Shown: piece by piece, positions 59,444 through 64,000 of the stretch
Layout: each line of letters begins with the position of its first letter
Position numbering within the stretch: position 1 is the stretch's first letter
Translations under genes and position numbers: made by a program
Origin: Flectonema sp. DT1601
Taxonomy: Eukaryota
Assembly: GCA_964019425.1 (NCBI GenBank)
Contig: OZ025783.1
Coordinates: 930,001 to 994,000, forward strand
Length of the DNA: 64,000 nt
Direction of reading: 5' to 3'
The notes under the pieces: model-generated
What the model saw: only the letters and a program-made list of their open reading frames with translations
The model's database searches: none
What the model was told of the DNA's origin: nothing

Positions 59444-60792
59444 TTACTTCTTGCTCTTCTTCTTCTTCTTCTTCTTCAAGTTAAGGGACTTGCTGCAAGC
59501 GTCAAGAACCTCCTTGTCGAGGATCTTCTTGTCGGTTTCAATTGCCTGCACAGGGAGTCCAGTAGCCTGATTTGTTTATTTTGATATTGTTTGGTAAAGA
59601 GAGGATTCATTCAAGACACACTAATAATACGAACACAACAGGCTGTGGTGTGCTGTATTCTTAGGTTAAAGTACACAAAGTAAATACAAACCTTCTCAAT
59701 CTCATTAGTCTTGATCAGAATGGTAGAGCAGAAGTGGGCGACGGTTTCACTTGGCTTTGACTTAAGAACAGGGTATGGGTTAACAAGGTCGTGCTTCAAG
59801 CACTCGTTGATTCCAAAGCGACCCTTCTTTGGGTCCAAGTGACGCATAGAGAATGGGTAGTTTTGAAACTTTTTGTTAATCTCTGAGTACACTTCACGGG
59901 AGGCTTTCATCTTCAAGTTGTACTGAACGAGAGCACTCTTGAAGACGTGGGTCTTGGAGTCTTCCTGACGAAGCTTTCCGGCGTCCTTAGAGTCGTGTGG
60001 TGCGCTCGAGAATGCAACATCAAGCGTCCATACGGTAGCCTCCTCAAGTTCGTGATCCAACACTTTTTGTTCAGGGCAGTTCTTCATCGCAATAACGTTG
60101 TGGTGGTCGATGATGTAACGGGTCATTTCGTGGGAAAGGACTCCTTCGACAGGGGTGACGTCGTAGTCGGCTGCGATCTTCTGAATGATCGAAGTGATGT
60201 CCTGATTCTTGGCACCAGGTCTGAAGCAGTGAGTCACAGCTTCGGCAGCGGCTGCAGCAGCAGCGACAACGTTGCTCTCAGGGCTAGCCTTTACTGGAGC
60301 TGACATGTCGGCCTGAATGATGACAGTGTGAGCAATAACAGCACAGAATCCATCAATGTGACATCCCAAGTCAATCTTAACAACATCACCATCAGCAAGT
60401 GGTGCGTGAGTGTCATCATTTTCTGGGGAGTAGTGACAAACATTCTGGTTAACGTTGATGCAGGTTGGGAATGACATTCCCTTCTCAATCTTATCATCAC
60501 CCTTACCTTTGTTAAATACCTTCTCAGTTTGGTCAAGGATGAGCTGATCTCCTAGTTTAGCGAGCTCAAGTACCTGTTTTGTGTTTTACAATTAAGATTT
60601 GTACTGTATGAGTATATTATTCTTTTTGAAAAGATTAAGACATACGCTGGCACCGATAACACACTTCTCAACAACCGCTTTCATAGCAATGTTACAGAAG
60701 GCTCCTGCCATCTTGTACTTTTCGACGACACCGCTGTCACGAAGAGTGGTATCCTCCTCTTCGCTTCCGTAGGTTGCTTCATCTTCAGCCAT
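59444..60792 (-). CDS. PA2G4: Proliferation-associated protein 2G4 / EBP1 (MetAP2-like fold)
   Basis: Motifs are VVEKYKMAG, KGMSFPTCINVN..VCHYSP, GDVVKIDLGCHIDGF, PVEGVLSH and LKMKASR, with a poly-Lys tail. Phase-0 introns at 60574-60645 and 59567-59691. Confidence 0.93.
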
Positions 60793-61018
60793 TTTTGTTA
60801 TGTTAACGAGTTGTCAGCCCTGATGTTATACAAATAATATTAAGAATTAGAAAAAAAACAAAAAAAAAAGTAAATAACAAACAAAAACAAAATAATTAAA
60901 TCGTTTACGCTCAATAATTAAGAGAGGCAAGGATGCTTTTTAATTAATTCTAAGAAAACTGCGTTTGGGTTGTGTGTAAATTAAAACAAAATGACTAACT
61001 AAACTATACTTTAAGGGG

Positions 61019-61052
<34 letters not shown>

Positions 61053-61055
61053 GTT

Positions 61056-64000
61056 TCAATCAGCAGAATCAGTTGTATCACAAACTGCTGTAGTACCTCG
61101 TAAAACCCAAACATCAGTTGGTTGATCAGTTTCAATTCCAATTGAAAACAACGGAGTTCCACAACTCGAATGAATACTACGAAATACCGGACACTGAAAG
61201 TGTTTAGTTTCTGGAGGACACGCATTAATACAAACTAACTTAATAACTGGAAGAGGATTATACGTTTGTCGATTTGGAGGATCCACAACCAAATTAGAAG
61301 TCCTCTCCCAAGCAGCTGATACCAAATAAAGTCCATAAAAATAATGACATCCTTCTTCAGAAGAAGTGTGTAAATGAAGTGCTTCTGGTGAGACATGTTT
61401 CGTTAATCGAATTCGAGTGTAAACAGCATCAAGACTGATACTTGATAAATGAGGTCGTACATATTCTTGTTTAACAGAAGCGATTAGACTTTGAGGATGA
61501 AAGAATCCTGGGATCCAATAACAGCGAGGAGTTCCCTTTTGTAACCACTGAACTAATTGATCAATACGAAGCATTCCATGCATCACCCAAGCTCTTAGAG
61601 AATCACTATTCCAGCTAAACTTCTTCCAGGAGTCGGGTATCTGACCTCGGAGAAGCTTTTCTTCCACAGCGCTCGTTGTTATTGTTTCTGCTTCCATTCC
61701 AGATAATACTTTTTGAACTGTTGTACAACTATGAACGACTTGTACAATGACTTTCTGCATTAATGAGATTTCCCTCCTAAGAAAGATACCTAGAGGATTA
61801 CATCCCAACTTCTTCAGACAATCTCTTACAAGGTTTTGTTCCAATGAGGTTGCAAACTTTTCTGATATTTCTTTACAAATCTTTATAGTAGTGTCAGTGT
61901 CACGTGGGGTTGGTGTTGTTTCTCTAGTGTTGGTCAACCTTAAAGATGATAAAACAGACAAGAACTGCTTACTAGTTGTTCGATTAACTGATATTTCAGC
62001 AACACAATGCATTCCTAACATCTCAGGTGTATCGTACGGTGGAAGGGATGAGATGTATTTCTTATATTCTCCAACAGTCACAAAGTCTCTAACCACATAT
62101 CCAGGATAAAATGTGTAGCTGCAATGAGAGTCAAAAATGTCATCTCTAAGCCATCTCTCAGCATAGGCTAATAGTATTCTGTGATCGTTGTGATTTGTCA
62201 CACGACCACCGTATTGAACATCAGCAATCATGTATTGAAGAGTCGGCCAAGAAACACCTTTTTTAATATCAGTGAAGAGATAATTATATAAAAATGATGT
62301 TGATGCAACCAAATCATGATGACTAAACTCATAAGGAGTACTCCATCCCATGCTACTGTATCTATTACGTTGAACAACAGCAGAGTGAAAGAAGCAGAGT
62401 GTGAACAGTAGTAGTCTCCATTCCCTTTGTTTTATGGAATCAAGTTGATCTTGATTTATGTACTGAAAGGATTTGTGTAAGCTTAATTTAACCCCACGAG
62501 GGGGTTCCAAGGCTATTTTAACACAACTGTGTAACGTTGAGATCGGAAACTCTGGATGAGGTAGACAAGTAATCCAAATTCTGCACATCGGAGATACCGC
62601 ACCTGAATACGTAGAAAGAAATTCTGTTAAGTCGCTTATAAAATGTAAGTTTAGATGTACATTTTGAAGCACTACCCAACCACCATCACTTAGAGCCTGT
62701 TGAACTGATTTTAACGCGAGAGGTTCTTGTGATTCTCCCATAGACACTTGAGTCACGATAACTCGATGTTTCTTACTTAGAATATCAATAGTGCTGTGGC
62801 TATCAACTCCAGCTGATAACAAACACAGAATGGGAACTGTTGGTGATATGTGAGAGACGAAATCGAATTCATTTTCACTGCAGTCGATCAACGGTGGTGG
62901 TAGTTTTGATTTCGTGTGTCTGTTTGATGAACCAGAATGACTATCAACGTGTTTTGATTGAGAGTCTTCTCTCATTCTTAAAAACGATGCGACCCATTTA
63001 TCACATGCTGTGCGAGTTCTATCTGGTCGCAGAGCGTTTATTATTAATATTTGATGAAATGGTTTAGTGTGATCTTCAATCCCCGGCAAAGCAACACTCT
63101 CTGGTGCCTGCTGTTGACACCAAGATTTCCATTCTTGTTCATAATGTAATATATTCGAAGTAATATGAGACAGAGCCTTTACTTCTTTTTCAAGCATTTT
63201 GAGATATTCATTTTCTTCAATTCCCAACCATAATATTGGATGGTCTTTAGCACTCGGAGGTGATTTTAAAAGGCATCCCACCTCTTCAGAAGTAATGATA
63301 TCAGCGTGTTGTTGTATGTAAAGCACTACTAATACTGAAAAGATGTGTTTTTCTGAACTGTAGTATCCCCTAAGCATACATGTGTGTACATGTTTAGTAA
63401 CCGACCCAAGAATATTAAGAATTCTCTTTGGAGGGTATGGATTCAGAGGAGCCCGTTGCATAGCTGCTTCAAACTCGACTGTAAATTGATGTAAGGACAC
63501 GTGATACATGTGTTGGATTTCTGACAAGTCTGCTATGGTACTGTACAGTAGAGCACCTCTAACAGCTATTTCAAGGTACTGGTCTCGCGCTTGGGCGATT
63601 TTGTTGTTTGAATCTGTGCATCCGACTAGTCTGTCAGCGATTTCATTGGACTTTTCTTTTGTTGCGGAGAGCACTTCCATTAGACCTCCATCGTCAAGAA
63701 GTCTGGTCCCTTCTTGTAGTAATAGTCTTTTTAATAATTCTTGTTCACAATTAGATAAAACTGATTCACATGATAACATTTCTTCTAAAATAGAAAGTCT
63801 GTCGTCTTCCAGAGAGGGTTTTTCGTAAATGACAACAGCGCTTAAAAGTTGTTCAGTAAGGCCTTGAATTGTAACAGTGAAGTCAACTACTGTTAATTTA
63901 GTGAAGACGTCGGGGTGAAATGTTGGATTTCTCTCCATTGAAGAGACTAAGTAAATCTCAAATCCCTCAACTACTTCTGCTTCAGTATCCTCCAACAAGA
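61056..64000 (-). CDS. Axonemal dynein heavy chain, C-terminal part (5' end lies beyond the window)
   Basis: Motifs are VDFTVT..GL.EQLL, RGALLY, VSMGESQE, GGWVVLQNVHL, EPPRGVK, GWSTPYEF, VQYGGRVT and WIPGFFHPQ. The GVSW..LQYM motif suggests a divergent outer-arm gamma-like (DNAH5/8) class. Confidence 0.92.
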   Translation of the reverse strand, partial: LLEDTEAEVVEGFEIYLVSSMERNPTFHPDVFTKLTVVDFTVTIQGLTEQLLSAVVIYEKPSLEDDRLSILEEMLSCESVLSNCEQELLKRLLLQEGTRLLDDGGLMEVLSATKEKSNEIADRLVGCTDSNNKIAQARDQYLEIAVRGALLYSTIADLSEIQHMYHVSLHQFTVEFEAAMQRAPLNPYPPKRILNILGSVTKHVHTCMLRGYYSSEKHIFSVLVVLYIQQHADIITSEEVGCLLKSPPSAKDHPILWLGIEENEYLKMLEKEVKALSHITSNILHYEQEWKSWCQQQAPESVALPGIEDHTKPFHQILIINALRPDRTRTACDKWVASFLRMREDSQSKHVDSHSGSSNRHTKSKLPPPLIDCSENEFDFVSHISPTVPILCLLSAGVDSHSTIDILSKKHRVIVTQVSMGESQEPLALKSVQQALSDGGWVVLQNVHLNLHFISDLTEFLSTYSGAVSPMCRIWITCLPHPEFPISTLHSCVKIALEPPRGVKLSLHKSFQYINQDQLDSIKQREWRLLLFTLCFFHSAVVQRNRYSSMGWSTPYEFSHHDLVASTSFLYNYLFTDIKKGVSWPTLQYMIADVQYGGRVTNHNDHRILLAYAERWLRDDIFDSHCSYTFYPGYVVRDFVTVGEYKKYISSLPPYDTPEMLGMHCVAEISVNRTTSKQFLSVLSSLRLTNTRETTPTPRDTDTTIKICKEISEKFATSLEQNLVRDCLKKLGCNPLGIFLRREISLMQKVIVQVVHSCTTVQKVLSGMEAETITTSAVEEKLLRGQIPDSWKKFSWNSDSLRAWVMHGMLRIDQLVQWLQKGTPRCYWIPGFFHPQSLIASVKQEYVRPHLSSISLDAVYTRIRLTKHVSPEALHLHTSSEEGCHYFYGLYLVSAAWERTSNLVVDPPNRQTYNPLPVIKLVCINACPPETKHFQCPVFRSIHSSCGTPLFSIGIETDQPTDVWVLRGTTAVCDTTDSAD

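Noticed and set aside
60814..60827. 14-nt identity (tcagccctgatgtt) with the element at 266-279
   Set aside because: Several 14-mer matches are expected by chance in a window this size, and the flanks do not align.

Overview
Eukaryotic nuclear DNA, AT-rich, standard genetic code, probably from a euglenozoan and most plausibly a diplonemid-like flagellate. That taxonomy is inferred from the kinetoplastid-style eL42 termini (MVNYPK...KDPTW), a single-strand gene array and abundant cis-introns. About 25 functionally unrelated protein genes all lie on the minus strand. In order they are: two tandem secreted CAP/SCP plus Cys-rich-repeat paralogs, ABITRAM/FAM206A, a patatin/cPLA2-like membrane lipase, PABPN1, TcdA, a ubiquitin E2, a TPR protein, a jacalin-SPRY protein, V-ATPase E, LRRC9, several coiled-coil proteins (one with a PDZ domain), RPL44, THI4, FSAF1-like, a SAM-PDZ-AGC kinase, a PhyH dioxygenase, PA2G4 and the 3' part of a dynein heavy chain. 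I reconstructed 23 short GT-AG introns by hand. All have donor +4 = T, 21 are phase 0, and their acceptors are mostly A/C-rich with no polypyrimidine tract, whereas the AG sites just upstream of start codons (putative trans-splice acceptors) are mostly U/pyrimidine-rich. This apparent two-class acceptor code is the most interesting signal. No tRNA, rRNA, SL RNA, CRISPR array or intact mobile element was recognised. All calls were made by eye, without searches or folding software.
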